Virus record (IMG/VR): IMGVR_UViG_3300031825_000007
Location: 1,060 to 65,059 of that record
Source: a virus
Direction: 5' to 3' (one strand)
DNA length: 64,000 nt
A program made the translations under genes and the position numbers. Below the pieces are notes generated by a model. That model made no database searches and had not been told where the DNA came from. It was given only the letters and a program-made list of their open reading frames with translations. Positions 8,115-18,231 of the stretch are shown here, in pieces. Numbering within the stretch: the first letter of the stretch is position 1; every line of letters starts with the position of its first letter.

Positions 8115-10877
8115 CTACACCAGAGCAGGTTCGCCCTTTACCTCCCCGGCCTCGCCGAAAATCGCATCCAGAAGCACAGGATTGCGGGCCGCCTTCTCGA
8201 ACACTTGCCCCTCGCGGATCGCGTCGAACAGCCGGTCGAACGCTGCGTTGATGCGCGCGCGCTCATCGCCCTCCGGGTATGGCTTCCATTCGATCCCCAG
8301 CAGCGGATCGACGTGATGCTTGTTGTCGGCGTAGACGCTCAGGTAGTCGTTGCGGCGATCCGCGCCGGCGAGCTTGTCTTCCAGCCACGACTGAAAGCCA
8401 CGGGCAGCCATTTCATCGGGGCTCGACCAGTATTTGCCATAGCTCCCGTCATCGAGGAACGCCGCTTCCTTGGCAAAACGGGACACCGCCCGGCCGGTCT
8501 TCAGGAGCGCCGACGTATCGCCGGCCTGGGCGTAGAACGCGGCCGCGAGCTTGCGCCAGCCCTTGCGGTTCTTCAGGCTGCGCGGGTCGCTTCGACCGCC
8601 GAAGTAGGTATCGACGGCCAGCACCGCCGCTTCGGCGCCGCCGGCGTCCTTGATGGCACGCGCCAGGTCATTACGCGGGTAGTCGATGTTGGCGTGAGCC
8701 ACCCGGATGTCCTGATCGGTGAAGTCGATGCTCTCGGTCAGGCGGTTGTCGCCCGACAGCATGGCCACGCGCAGCCCGACCACCGCGTCGCGGATCGGGC
8801 CGGCCGGCAACAGGTCGGGGTTGAGCGTCACGAAGTCGCCCTTGCCGCCGGCAGCCTCCTGGTTGACCAGCTCGTGCAGGATGTTGTCGATGGCATGGAA
8901 CACCTCGTGCCCCAGGCACCCGCCGCCGCCCATTTTCGTCAGGTTGACGACACGGTGGACGGGCTCGTAGTGCGCCCGCGCCGCGTTCTTGCCGCCCGTG
9001 CCGCGCGCGCCGAAGGCCATGCCGAGCCGGCCGCCGAGGCCGAGCGCGGACACCTCGATACCGAGCATGTCGGCCAGGTCTGACATCGCGCCCGCGGTCT
9101 GCTCCACATGGAACTTGGCGCTGTTCGGGTCTTTCAGCACCCAGTTGCCGGACTGCACGTCGCGCAGGCCCAGCATGTCCTTCAGGGCTTGGGTCGAGTT
9201 CACCGCCACCGGCGCGCCACCGCGCCGCTCGAACTGGTCAGCCACACGAAGCTGGAAGTTGACCTCCTGCTTGGTAGCCTCCCGCGGCGCCACTGACCGC
9301 TCCTTGTCGGCCCACGACCAGTCCTTGATCTTCCCAACCTTGGCGTTGGTGACGTGCCCAGCGAAGGAATCCGAGCCCCGGAAATTCCAGTAATGGACGA
9401 GCCTAAAGAAGCGTTCGCCGAAGGTGAGCCAGGATCGCGTGGTCTGATTTTCGACCAGGTTGCGCGCCCGCGCCGCCTTCATGAGCGCATCTCGCTCGCG
9501 GCTCATGTCGGTGATCTGCTTGCGCAGCGACTCGATCTTCGGGTTCACGTCCGCACGCATCGCGCCGAATTGCGACCAGAGTTCGTCGGTCTGTGCCTTG
9601 GCCTCGTCCACCGCGCGCTGCTGGTCGTCGCTGACCGCCCAGCCGCGCCGCTTGCGCTGCTCCACGACCCGTTCGGCAGCATACATGGCGCTGCGCGCCT
9701 CCTGGGCCTCCTGGTAGATGTCGTTGCTGGAACCGTCCAGCGCTCGCACCTGGGTGGACATTTCCTGCATCTGCTCGGTCAGCAGCTCGTACTGCTCGGA
9801 CTCGTCGGGCCGCAGGGTCGTGCCGTTCAGCTCGTCGCGGATTTCCCCCACGACATCCAGCACCTCGGCCGCGGTCTTGACCAATTGCAGGCGGTCGCGG
9901 ATCGATTCCAGCCCGACGGCGTAGTCCCGGCGAGCGCCCGGGCTATCCTCAGCCGGCGCCGGCGCGATGCTGGCATAAATCTTGTCGATCAAGAAGCCGG
10001 CCGCCGGCTCCATGCCAGCGTCTTGCAGCGCCTGCCAATCGGTCTTGCCGAACAGGTTGGCCTTGACCACCATTTCCTTCGCCTGACGCGGGTTCTGCTC
10101 GATGGCGTCGAAGTCAATGTCGCTGGCGCGCAGGCGCTGGCCGGTCCTGCGCGCGCTGAAGATCAGGTTGGCCGCTTTCTCCTTGCGGCTGTCGGCGATG
10201 TACCCGGTGTCGCGGTAGCGGTAGTTCGAGCTGTTCGGGTCGTCCGACAGGCCGTCATCGGCCGCCGACTCGTCCTGCGCGCCGGGCGCGTTCTCGGCAT
10301 CCGCCTGCGCGGCGGCGGCCGCAGCGCCCAGCTCGACGCGGAGCTGGTTCGCGCGGGCCACGAGTTTCAGCCGCGCCAGCGCGGCGGCCGGGCCGTCGCC
10401 GGCACTCTTCAATCCCGCCTTGATCCGCGCCAACTCGCCCACCAGCTTCAAGCGAGCCAGCAAACCATCCTCGCCCACGGCCGCATCGAAGGCCACGCGC
10501 GCGGGCTCGAATTTCAGGCGCGGCGCGACTTCCTCGGTGACGGAATCCAGCGCCTGGCCTGCGGCGTCGTTCGGCGTCACCAGCTCGGACGGAATGTCGT
10601 CGATCACGGCGTAGAGGTTCACGCCCTCCCGCGGTTGCGGCGCAATCGCCACGGCCACCGAATAGAGCACCTTGGCGGCGGTGAACTTCACGCCCACCAC
10701 GATGCCCCCGACGTACAGCGCAGCGTCATCGACGCCGCCGAGCACGATCCACACACGGCCGGCCAGCGCGTTCACGCTGGGGAGCAGCGAGGCGGACTTG
10801 CTGTCCACTGTGGCCTGATCGACCACCTTGAAGCCCAGCCACGAGATGGGCAGGTCGGCCTGCTGAAGAGCATCCAT
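8115..10877 (-). CDS. Large polyvalent protein with zincin-like HExxH motif and LPD1 domain, 920 aa
   Basis: LGMAFGARG...AHYEP...NLTK...GCLGHEVFHAIDN and YWSSPDEMAARGFQSW...PYPEGDERARINAAFDRLF; AAGGAGG SD. Confidence 0.8.
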   Translation of the reverse strand: MDALQQADLPISWLGFKVVDQATVDSKSASLLPSVNALAGRVWIVLGGVDDAALYVGGIVVGVKFTAAKVLYSVAVAIAPQPREGVNLYAVIDDIPSELVTPNDAAGQALDSVTEEVAPRLKFEPARVAFDAAVGEDGLLARLKLVGELARIKAGLKSAGDGPAAALARLKLVARANQLRVELGAAAAAAQADAENAPGAQDESAADDGLSDDPNSSNYRYRDTGYIADSRKEKAANLIFSARRTGQRLRASDIDFDAIEQNPRQAKEMVVKANLFGKTDWQALQDAGMEPAAGFLIDKIYASIAPAPAEDSPGARRDYAVGLESIRDRLQLVKTAAEVLDVVGEIRDELNGTTLRPDESEQYELLTEQMQEMSTQVRALDGSSNDIYQEAQEARSAMYAAERVVEQRKRRGWAVSDDQQRAVDEAKAQTDELWSQFGAMRADVNPKIESLRKQITDMSRERDALMKAARARNLVENQTTRSWLTFGERFFRLVHYWNFRGSDSFAGHVTNAKVGKIKDWSWADKERSVAPREATKQEVNFQLRVADQFERRGGAPVAVNSTQALKDMLGLRDVQSGNWVLKDPNSAKFHVEQTAGAMSDLADMLGIEVSALGLGGRLGMAFGARGTGGKNAARAHYEPVHRVVNLTKMGGGGCLGHEVFHAIDNILHELVNQEAAGGKGDFVTLNPDLLPAGPIRDAVVGLRVAMLSGDNRLTESIDFTDQDIRVAHANIDYPRNDLARAIKDAGGAEAAVLAVDTYFGGRSDPRSLKNRKGWRKLAAAFYAQAGDTSALLKTGRAVSRFAKEAAFLDDGSYGKYWSSPDEMAARGFQSWLEDKLAGADRRNDYLSVYADNKHHVDPLLGIEWKPYPEGDERARINAAFDRLFDAIREGQVFEKAARNPVLLDAIFGEAGEVKGEPALV

Positions 10878-10887
10878 CGCGGCCTCC

Positions 10888-13800
10888 TTACGCCAGCGCC
10901 GACGTGGCGGCCAGCATCGCGCTCTGGTACGCGGCGACGGCCTGCTCGAACAGCGTCACCAGCTCCGCGTCGCCCTGGTTGCGGTCGTAGGCCGCCGCCA
11001 GCGAATCGGCCAGGTCGGGCGCCAGGATGTCCGGCACCGTGCCGTCGATCACGGAATGGAACAGGGCTCGGTCGGCATCCTTCTGCGGATCGGACGCAGG
11101 CGCTGCGGCCGGCGGCACCTGAACGTCGTCAGCTCCCCGACTGACGGCCTCCGTGTTCACCAGAGCGATGGCCGAGGCAGCATCGGGCATCGTCCCCAGC
11201 TCGGTCGCGGCGCCCGTGATGCCGCCGCTGAAGCCCACGGTCAGGCGCACGATGAAGCCCGAGTCCGTCACCCGGATGTTGAACTGGAGCTTCTTGTCCC
11301 CGGCTTGCACCGCGCGCACGTAGTCGTTGTTCAACACGCGGCGGAAGCCCGCCGCGATCAGCTCGGGCACGTCCGGCTCGGTGGTGGCCTCCGGGCCCGC
11401 ACCATCGGCCGGCACCTCCGGCTCCGTTGCGGGCGCAGCGACCAGGGCCAGCAGCACATCGACCAGGCGCGCAGCGCCATCGCCGGACGGCTGGCCTTCC
11501 TGCGGCTCGACGCTCGTGGCGCCGGCGGCCCCAACATAGACCGTGGCACTGCCCGCATCGTCGATATTGATGCGGCCGGCCGTGTCGCCGTCCTTGACCA
11601 CCTTGCCCACGTAGCCGCCGGCATCCACCGCGTCCAAGACCGCATCGTCCAGCGCCTTCCCGCCCGAATCGGTCAGGTAAAACGCAGACCCGTGCCCGCC
11701 ATTGGATTCGATCCTGTACCGGCCGGAACTGAGGCCCAGGCTCTCGATCTGCCGCAGCTTGTGCGCAATAGCCGGGTCGCTGGTATCGACGTTGAACCAC
11801 TTGTTGCTGCCGTGCTTGGTTGCGAGGCCGCTCAGGTCGATACCAATCTGGTGCTTGATGAAATCAATGACTGCGGACTGCTTCTTCGTCAACGCACTCC
11901 CCGCCGCATCCAGGGTGATGGAGTCGAGCGCCACCGTTTCCGCCTCGAACGTTCCGCCGATGTCCTCTTCGTCCGGCACGTAGTCGGCTTCCGTCAACGT
12001 GGTAATCGCCTCGCGGATACTGTCGGCAGTGTCGGCCTCCAGTTGCGCCTGGGCGTCGTTGCCGGCCGCGCGATTGATCGGCGCGCTCGTCTCGACCACC
12101 TCCAGGGACTGCTCCAAGGCAGCGACAGCCGGGCCGACATCATCCAGCGCCTGGCCGGCGAAGATGCCCCACTGCACGCCAGCGCCGCCGCGCTTGGCCG
12201 CCTCGTCCATCGCTCGGGCCGTCACGAACGGGGAGTTCTCGGTGCGGCCCACGCTGCCCGCCAGCCACGCCTTGAACTCGTCCGTGGCGCTGTCGAACTG
12301 GTAGGCGGCATCGACGAGCGCCGCCTTGCCGGACACCTCGGCGTCCTCGCCTTCGGCCGGGCTGGCCGCCGCCTCCACTGCGCCCACCGCTTCGAGCGCA
12401 GCGCGCAGTCCGCCAAAGGCCAGCGCCGCCTTCAGGAAACCCGTGAAGGTGCGATTGTTCACGAACACCAGGTCGCTGCCTTTCTTCAGGCCGTAGACCG
12501 TGGCCGCGCCGCGCTTGAAGGTGCCCACGTCCGAGTAGCCGTCGGCCACCTGACCAAGCAGATACTGCTGGCCGTCCGACACCGAACCCGTGCTGTCGTT
12601 GCGCACGTTCATGCGTTTGAGCATGTCCCAGGCATCCTTGACCTTGCGCGCGCGCTCGCTGGCCTGCCAGGCTGCGTCCTTGCCGGCCTCGATTTCGGCA
12701 CGCTGCTCGGGCGTGATGCCGGCCCAGTCATCGATCTGCTTGGTGCGCTCCCGCTGGGTCTTCGCCAGCTTCACGCCCGTGGCGCGCTCGAACACCTCCA
12801 TGCTGGCCTTGTTGCTGTCGCTGCCGACGCCGGCGAGCACGCTGCGCAGGGTTTCCGCGTCCTTGGCGTCGATGGCGCCGGCGATCCGCTCCAGCCAGTC
12901 GCTGCGCGCGGCCATGTCGATACCATGCTTGCGGTAGACGGCCAGCGCCACGTCGGACAGCGGCGCATCAGCAGGCAGCGCCGCCAGCGCGGCCGCGCCA
13001 GCCTCTTTCAGGCGCTCCTTGCCGGCGGCCTGGATGTCATTGATGGCCGCCTGATAGGCGTCAAGAGCACGGTTCCAGTCGGCAAAGCCTGCCGTCTCGC
13101 TCAAGCCGGCCAGGCGCTCGTCCCAGGTGTTGAGCCCAGCCGCCTCCAGGGCGGAAGATGCCTTGCCGATGATGTCGTGCTGCGCCGCGCGCGCCGCGTC
13201 GCGCAGCTTCGTGATTTCGGCGTTGGCGCTGGCCGTGTCCGTGACGGCATCCTTGCTCGCTGCCGTCACGGCCGCATTGAGCACGACCGCAGCGTCACCG
13301 AACGACCCCACATAAGCGTCGATCAGAGCCTGCTGGCCGGCTGCGCGCGCATCCGCCTCGACAGCCGCCTGCGCGCGGCGCGCGGCCTCGGCCACCGCCT
13401 GGCCGTCCACCTCGGCCGCGTACTGCTCCGGCGTCTTGGTGAGGTCGTCGGGGATTTCATTCATCGCCCAGCCCACGACGTTCTTGCCCGCGCCGGCGTA
13501 GGTAAAGGTCGGCTGCGCCTCCATGTCGCCCTTGTAGAGTCGGGCGTCGGCCGGGTCGCGGCCTTCCCAGCCGAGCGCGCGCAGTGCGTTGCGCACCGCG
13601 ACAATGCGCTCTTGGAAGAAGGCATCGAGGCGGTCTTGCCAAGCGTCTTGCACACCCGGATCAGCCACGACCTTGGCGTAGTTCTCGGGCGTCGTCGGGT
13701 CGAAGTCGTCGGCCGCCGGCGCCGGGTCGGCCGTGGTGCTGGGCAACTCGAACTTGCCCTCGAACGGCTTGAACTTGCCCGTGGCCTGGTGCAGCACCTT

Positions 13801-15771
13801 GATCGGCGCCGAGGAATCGACGCTACCGCCCCAGCGGCGGTACAGATCCACCTGCACTTGGCCGCCCCGGATCGCGTCGCGCAGCTCGTCCACCTGGTCG
13901 GCGGACGCATCGGTGGCGGTCATGCCGTCCGGCGAAACCGCCTCGATCTTGCCGGCCTCCACCATGAACGACTCGGGCGCACCGGCCACGATGCGGCCCG
14001 CCACGCGGTAGCCTGCCGTCACGTAGTCCGTGGTGAGGCTGCCCCAGTCCGACAGGAACTGGTCTACCTGCTCATCGGATACCGCCGACTTCTCGGCCGC
14101 CATCGCCGCGCGCTGCTGATCGGGCGTCATCTTGTGGAACGGCACCTGATCCTCCAGCACCGCCAGTTGCCATGCGATGGCATTGGCCGGCGTCACGCCG
14201 AAACCAGTGCCCGCCGGGCCGCGCACGACCATGCGGCCTGTGTCGGGGTTGATCGACTCGATGATGCCGTCGTTGCCCTCGTAAAGGCCGGCGCCAAAGC
14301 GCACGCGCTGCCCCACGGCGAACTGCGGCGGCGCCGGCTCGATTCCGGCCGCCACGCGGGCGGCCTTGATGTCCGGGTTGCTCTTGAGCCCCACTTGCCA
14401 CTGGTCGAGCGTGCCCACCTGGCTGGGATTCGGCATCGACACCACGTCGCCGGGCATCCCGTCATCGATCCAGTCGTTCAGCTCCTGATCCGACATGATC
14501 GCGGTCTGGCCGGCCAGCACCTGATCGCGCTTCGCCTGAGCCGGATTCACCGCCGGTGCGCGCGCCGCGTCCTCTGCTGCGACCTTCGCCACCTCCAACT
14601 CGTTCTGGGCAACCGCCAGCTCGGACTCCAGGCCGGTGATTTCGCTCTTCAGCGTCTGGATGCCCTCCATGCGCTCGGCGCGCTTGGCGTTGACGCGCTG
14701 GAAGGCCGGGCTGTTCTTCTCGGCCAGCCGCATGATCCGGCGCGCGACCTCGCGCAGGTTGAGGTCGGTGCCGCGCTCGGGCGCCACCACGATGGTGATG
14801 TCCTTCTTGTTGAGCAGCCATTTCCACGAAATCACCTCGTCGGTCGGCGCCATCTTGTTCGGCGTCGTGTCGGGGTTGTGGAAGTAGATGCTGACGGTCT
14901 GCCCGTCCGACAGCTCGAAGATCGCCACGACGTTGGCGACGCCGCGCAGCTTGAACGGCTCGGTGATCTGCACCGCCACCGGCTTCACCTTGTCGCCCGT
15001 GCGCTCCATGACCGTGCGCAGCAGCTCCATCTTGCGTCCCAGCCGCGCATACGGCGACACCAGCGCATCGAGCGTCAGCAAGCCCTCGGCGTCGTCGAGG
15101 ATTTCCTGTGCGCTCACCGAGTCCATCAGCAAGCCCTCGCCAGCGTCCGAGCAGCGAATCTCGTACAGCACATGATCGAGGGTGTTGGCGTAGGGCAGCG
15201 CGTCGCTGTTCCACTGCACTTTCCGGGTCATGGTTTCCAGTCCTTCGTAAGGTAGGTTGTCGGCGCGGAGCGGTCGGCTCATATCTCCGTTCTTGAGCCA
15301 CCACTTCAATTGCGAAATCGAGGCCGGCACGATGCTGGCGAGTCCCTTCCAGTCGCGCGCGTAGCTATGCAGGTAGGCGCGCCGGGCCGATTCCTCGTCG
15401 GGAAAAGCGAGCATCACCTTGTGCTCGTCGAACTGCCCGTCGATGTTCTGGTTGATGACGTAGACCTTCTCGCTCTGCGGGTAGAAGCCGACGAAGGCGT
15501 CCACGCAGTCGCCGTCGTTACCCGTCGTTCCGTTGATGTACCCGTAGTGGGCCGCCATGCGACAAGCCCACCGCTTGCCGGTCGCTTGGTCGATCCCGGT
15601 GCGGTAGGTGCCGCGCGGGTTCTCGACTGCGATGGGCAGGCCGTAGATGCTCGCCCGGCCCACCTTGTAGTTGCCGGCCAGGCGCTGGGCATCGGTCGGC
15701 TCGGGAATCGCGTTGTTCCCGAAGGCGCCGTCGTGCGCAGCAGTCTCGATGCGGAGGAAGGTTTCACTCAT
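10888..15771 (-). CDS. darA: DarA-related polyvalent protein (InPase domain, DarA domain, coiled coil, KOW/SH3-like and unknown domains), 1627 aa
   Basis: N-terminal NYKVGR...VENPRG...HYGYI...DGDCVD...FDEHKVML (polyvalent inorganic-pyrophosphatase-like); FELSDGQTVSIYFHNPD...SWKWLLNKKDITIVVAPERG (DarA-like); start ATG 15771 from promoter geometry. Confidence 0.75.
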   Translation of the reverse strand: MSETFLRIETAAHDGAFGNNAIPEPTDAQRLAGNYKVGRASIYGLPIAVENPRGTYRTGIDQATGKRWACRMAAHYGYINGTTGNDGDCVDAFVGFYPQSEKVYVINQNIDGQFDEHKVMLAFPDEESARRAYLHSYARDWKGLASIVPASISQLKWWLKNGDMSRPLRADNLPYEGLETMTRKVQWNSDALPYANTLDHVLYEIRCSDAGEGLLMDSVSAQEILDDAEGLLTLDALVSPYARLGRKMELLRTVMERTGDKVKPVAVQITEPFKLRGVANVVAIFELSDGQTVSIYFHNPDTTPNKMAPTDEVISWKWLLNKKDITIVVAPERGTDLNLREVARRIMRLAEKNSPAFQRVNAKRAERMEGIQTLKSEITGLESELAVAQNELEVAKVAAEDAARAPAVNPAQAKRDQVLAGQTAIMSDQELNDWIDDGMPGDVVSMPNPSQVGTLDQWQVGLKSNPDIKAARVAAGIEPAPPQFAVGQRVRFGAGLYEGNDGIIESINPDTGRMVVRGPAGTGFGVTPANAIAWQLAVLEDQVPFHKMTPDQQRAAMAAEKSAVSDEQVDQFLSDWGSLTTDYVTAGYRVAGRIVAGAPESFMVEAGKIEAVSPDGMTATDASADQVDELRDAIRGGQVQVDLYRRWGGSVDSSAPIKVLHQATGKFKPFEGKFELPSTTADPAPAADDFDPTTPENYAKVVADPGVQDAWQDRLDAFFQERIVAVRNALRALGWEGRDPADARLYKGDMEAQPTFTYAGAGKNVVGWAMNEIPDDLTKTPEQYAAEVDGQAVAEAARRAQAAVEADARAAGQQALIDAYVGSFGDAAVVLNAAVTAASKDAVTDTASANAEITKLRDAARAAQHDIIGKASSALEAAGLNTWDERLAGLSETAGFADWNRALDAYQAAINDIQAAGKERLKEAGAAALAALPADAPLSDVALAVYRKHGIDMAARSDWLERIAGAIDAKDAETLRSVLAGVGSDSNKASMEVFERATGVKLAKTQRERTKQIDDWAGITPEQRAEIEAGKDAAWQASERARKVKDAWDMLKRMNVRNDSTGSVSDGQQYLLGQVADGYSDVGTFKRGAATVYGLKKGSDLVFVNNRTFTGFLKAALAFGGLRAALEAVGAVEAAASPAEGEDAEVSGKAALVDAAYQFDSATDEFKAWLAGSVGRTENSPFVTARAMDEAAKRGGAGVQWGIFAGQALDDVGPAVAALEQSLEVVETSAPINRAAGNDAQAQLEADTADSIREAITTLTEADYVPDEEDIGGTFEAETVALDSITLDAAGSALTKKQSAVIDFIKHQIGIDLSGLATKHGSNKWFNVDTSDPAIAHKLRQIESLGLSSGRYRIESNGGHGSAFYLTDSGGKALDDAVLDAVDAGGYVGKVVKDGDTAGRINIDDAGSATVYVGAAGATSVEPQEGQPSGDGAARLVDVLLALVAAPATEPEVPADGAGPEATTEPDVPELIAAGFRRVLNNDYVRAVQAGDKKLQFNIRVTDSGFIVRLTVGFSGGITGAATELGTMPDAASAIALVNTEAVSRGADDVQVPPAAAPASDPQKDADRALFHSVIDGTVPDILAPDLADSLAAAYDRNQGDAELVTLFEQAVAAYQSAMLAATSALA

Positions 15772-15778
15772 GCAGGGC

Positions 15779-15819
15779 ATGGTATGCCCCGCATGTACGG
15801 GCAATCGCGGGGGTTTTCC
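15779..15819 (-). promoter_or_regulatory. Putative late promoter (darA-LPD1 operon)
   Basis: GGAAAAC(15819-15813)-N28-TACCAT(15784-15779), ATG 7 nt downstream, no SD. Confidence 0.72.
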
Positions 15820-15823
15820 GCGC

Positions 15824-16318
15824 TTAGGCGGCCGCCGGCGAACCCTTCAGTTTGCCGATCTGATCGCGCACATCGGCGATGGCAGCCTTCAGCGCATCAC
15901 GCTTCTCGACCAGAATCTGCTCCATCTTCGGGGCCGCCGTGCGAATGCCTGCGGGCGGGCGCACCTTCGCCGCGGCCAACAGCTTCTGGAAGCGCGTGCG
16001 GCCGGCGTCCATCGCCTGCACGATTTCGGCGATGGCTTTGACGTGATCGTCCTGGTTCTTGATCGGCAGGGCCTTGCCGTTCAGCAGTACCTGGAAGATG
16101 TCGCCAGTCTGCTTGATGCGCAGCGTCACCTGCTGGGAGTCGGCAAACGTCAAGTCCATTTCGCGGTAGGTGACACCCGACGACCGCTTCACTGCCGAGG
16201 GGATGTCCTGCTGCACGGCGTTGGCGCCGGCGCGCGCGAAGTAGCGGACGACCTGCTTTGCGGCCGCGGACTTGGCCGACAGGTCGGCGAAGGTGAAGAG
16301 CAGATTTTTCATGGTCAT
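15824..16318 (-). CDS. Hdf/DarA N-terminal-like protein, 164 aa
   Basis: KRSSGVTYREMDLTFADSQQVTLRIKQTGDIFQVLLNGK; partly resembles the DarA domain of the next gene; same order as P1 hdf-darA. Confidence 0.7.
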   Translation of the reverse strand: MTMKNLLFTFADLSAKSAAAKQVVRYFARAGANAVQQDIPSAVKRSSGVTYREMDLTFADSQQVTLRIKQTGDIFQVLLNGKALPIKNQDDHVKAIAEIVQAMDAGRTRFQKLLAAAKVRPPAGIRTAAPKMEQILVEKRDALKAAIADVRDQIGKLKGSPAAA

Positions 16319-16323
16319 CCTTT

Positions 16324-16944
16324 CTATGTGACTTGATCGGTATCGTCGCCACCGTGCAGGACGCCACCATGCCTGTGCGTTTCGTCGATCCGCTTACCGT
16401 TGGCGAAGACCTGGCCGATGAAGTTGAACGTCCCGGCGATAGAGGACACCAGGTTGCCCGCTGCACCGCCCACAACCGACAAAGCCTTCTGGATAACGGC
16501 GTTTCCGGTCATGGTGGTGGTTGCCGCATCGTTGATGATCTGCGGGGCCTTCAGCGTGATCTTCGTTTCCGATTCGATGGTGATGTCGCCGCCGGCCCGC
16601 AGATTCATTAGTGTGTCAGCCAGCAGCTCCATATTGGTGTGGTGCCAGCGGCGCCAGTCCACCGAGTTTCCGGCCTGCGGGTTTCGGTAGCCCGTGATGA
16701 TCGGGTAGCGCGGATCGCCGCCGATGAACGCCACCCAGACGGAATCGCCAGGCGTCATTTCGATTTCAGTGGCATTGGCACCGTCGCGCGCCTTGTCCCC
16801 GATGGGGTATTCGATTTCCGCCTCGGGCAGCACGTCGCCGCCGTCGGTCAGTCCAGGGATCTCGATACGGCAGGTGCGCCTAGCCTGGATGTAGGTGCGC
16901 ACGATGGCCGGGTAGCGGCCGGGCATGAGGCCGTACTCCATCAT
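16324..16944 (-). CDS. Baseplate central spike (gpV/gp5-like), 206 aa
   Basis: OB-fold GDSVWVAFIGGDPRYPIITG and C-terminal HxH tip (THRH); ATGA overlap with hub. Confidence 0.85.
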   Translation of the reverse strand: MMEYGLMPGRYPAIVRTYIQARRTCRIEIPGLTDGGDVLPEAEIEYPIGDKARDGANATEIEMTPGDSVWVAFIGGDPRYPIITGYRNPQAGNSVDWRRWHHTNMELLADTLMNLRAGGDITIESETKITLKAPQIINDAATTTMTGNAVIQKALSVVGGAAGNLVSSIAGTFNFIGQVFANGKRIDETHRHGGVLHGGDDTDQVT

Positions 16945-17840
16945 CCCTCCACGGCACCCAGCCAGAGCCGGGAATAGGTGTCGCTCGAACCGCCGCTGTC
17001 CGTGCCCGTACCGAAGGCGTGCGCCGCGGTGATGACGGCCAGCTTCAGCCCTCCAGTGAAGGCGAACAGATCGCCAGCGTTGACGCTGGTGTTGAAATTG
17101 ATGCGGACGATCTTGCGCTGTACCAGGCAGCGCGTCATGTTGCGCAGGCGCTGCGCATCCTTGAATGGGATGAAGCGCGCCGCGCGCGGCTTGTCGCGGT
17201 TGCCGTACACAACGGCGCCGGCGGCGTCCAGCGAGAGGAACCACGGGATTTCGTGGCGCTCCATGAAGCCGCTTTCCACGTCGTCCGATGCGTTGTCGGG
17301 CAGCGTCATGGTGGCCGCCTGCTTGAACAGGTCAGGCAGGCGCATGAATTGGAGCTTGCCCGCCTTCCAGCGCACTACGCCGCCTTCCTCTTGGAGCACG
17401 CGCGCAATGTGAAAGGTCGGCGTCTCGCCCACCGGGCAATAGAAGCGCGGCACGGGGAAATCGGCGTCCACGGCCTTGACCGTCGCGCCGGCGGCCCTGT
17501 AGATGACCGACAGCGCCTCGTTCTCCTTGATGATGGCGCGGCTGCGCACGTAGGCCGCGCCTTGGCACGCATCCAACAGCGCGGTGATGCGGAAGCCGCC
17601 CATTTCACGGGTACCTTGCGAGGCGCGGTCGGCCACGCGCACAGACTTGACGATGCGCAACGCATCGCCGCTGCTCAAGGACAGCAATTGGCCCTGGGCC
17701 AGCATCTTGTCGAGCCCATCGTCGCCAGACCGAATCTCGGCCTCCAGTGTCATGGGGATCGGCGCGAGGTCGGTACGCAGCGTCGCAGACTTGATGAGGT
17801 CGCCGCGGATCTGGTTCCCGTTGGCAAGAAGCAGGATCAC
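16941..17840 (-). CDS. Baseplate hub protein (gp27/gpD-like), 299 aa
   Basis: Position directly upstream of the spike; size; beta-rich sequence. Confidence 0.65.
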   Translation of the reverse strand: MILLLANGNQIRGDLIKSATLRTDLAPIPMTLEAEIRSGDDGLDKMLAQGQLLSLSSGDALRIVKSVRVADRASQGTREMGGFRITALLDACQGAAYVRSRAIIKENEALSVIYRAAGATVKAVDADFPVPRFYCPVGETPTFHIARVLQEEGGVVRWKAGKLQFMRLPDLFKQAATMTLPDNASDDVESGFMERHEIPWFLSLDAAGAVVYGNRDKPRAARFIPFKDAQRLRNMTRCLVQRKIVRINFNTSVNAGDLFAFTGGLKLAVITAAHAFGTGTDSGGSSDTYSRLWLGAVEG

Positions 17841-17847
17841 GGCGCAC

Positions 17848-18231
17848 CTACACGGTTACGATGGGCTGGAAGAATGCCTTGTGCGGCATGTCCGCCTCGG
17901 CCTGCGAGATTTCGGCAGCGATTTCGCTGGCCGAGCGGCCGAACGGATCGATACCCATCCCGCGCGATGCCTCCAGTTGCAGGGCCGTCTCGCGCTCGAC
18001 GTAGAGCATGAAAAGCGGGCGGATCAGCGCCCATTCGGAATCGTCGAGGTCGATGTCCTCGTCGATGTTTGGCACCGGGTCGGGAACCTCGCGCGAACGG
18101 ATCGAGGCGAAGCCGGCATAGAACCGGGTCGCCGCGACCAGTTGCGCCACGACAGTTTCTTCGTCGAGCAGGTTGCCGGCCGGCCGCTCTTTCGTGGCGA
18201 ACCGTTCCGCCAGGTCGGCCAGCGTCGTCAT
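17848..18231 (-). CDS. Virion morphogenesis protein (possible head-tail adaptor), 127 aa
   Basis: Coupled ORF in tail operon; function not assignable. Confidence 0.5.
   Translation of the reverse strand: MTTLADLAERFATKERPAGNLLDEETVVAQLVAATRFYAGFASIRSREVPDPVPNIDEDIDLDDSEWALIRPLFMLYVERETALQLEASRGMGIDPFGRSASEIAAEISQAEADMPHKAFFQPIVTV

Noticed and set aside
11056-15255. 1399-aa plus-strand ORF
   Set aside because: Antisense shadow of darA caused by GC-rich codon bias; no motifs or SD.
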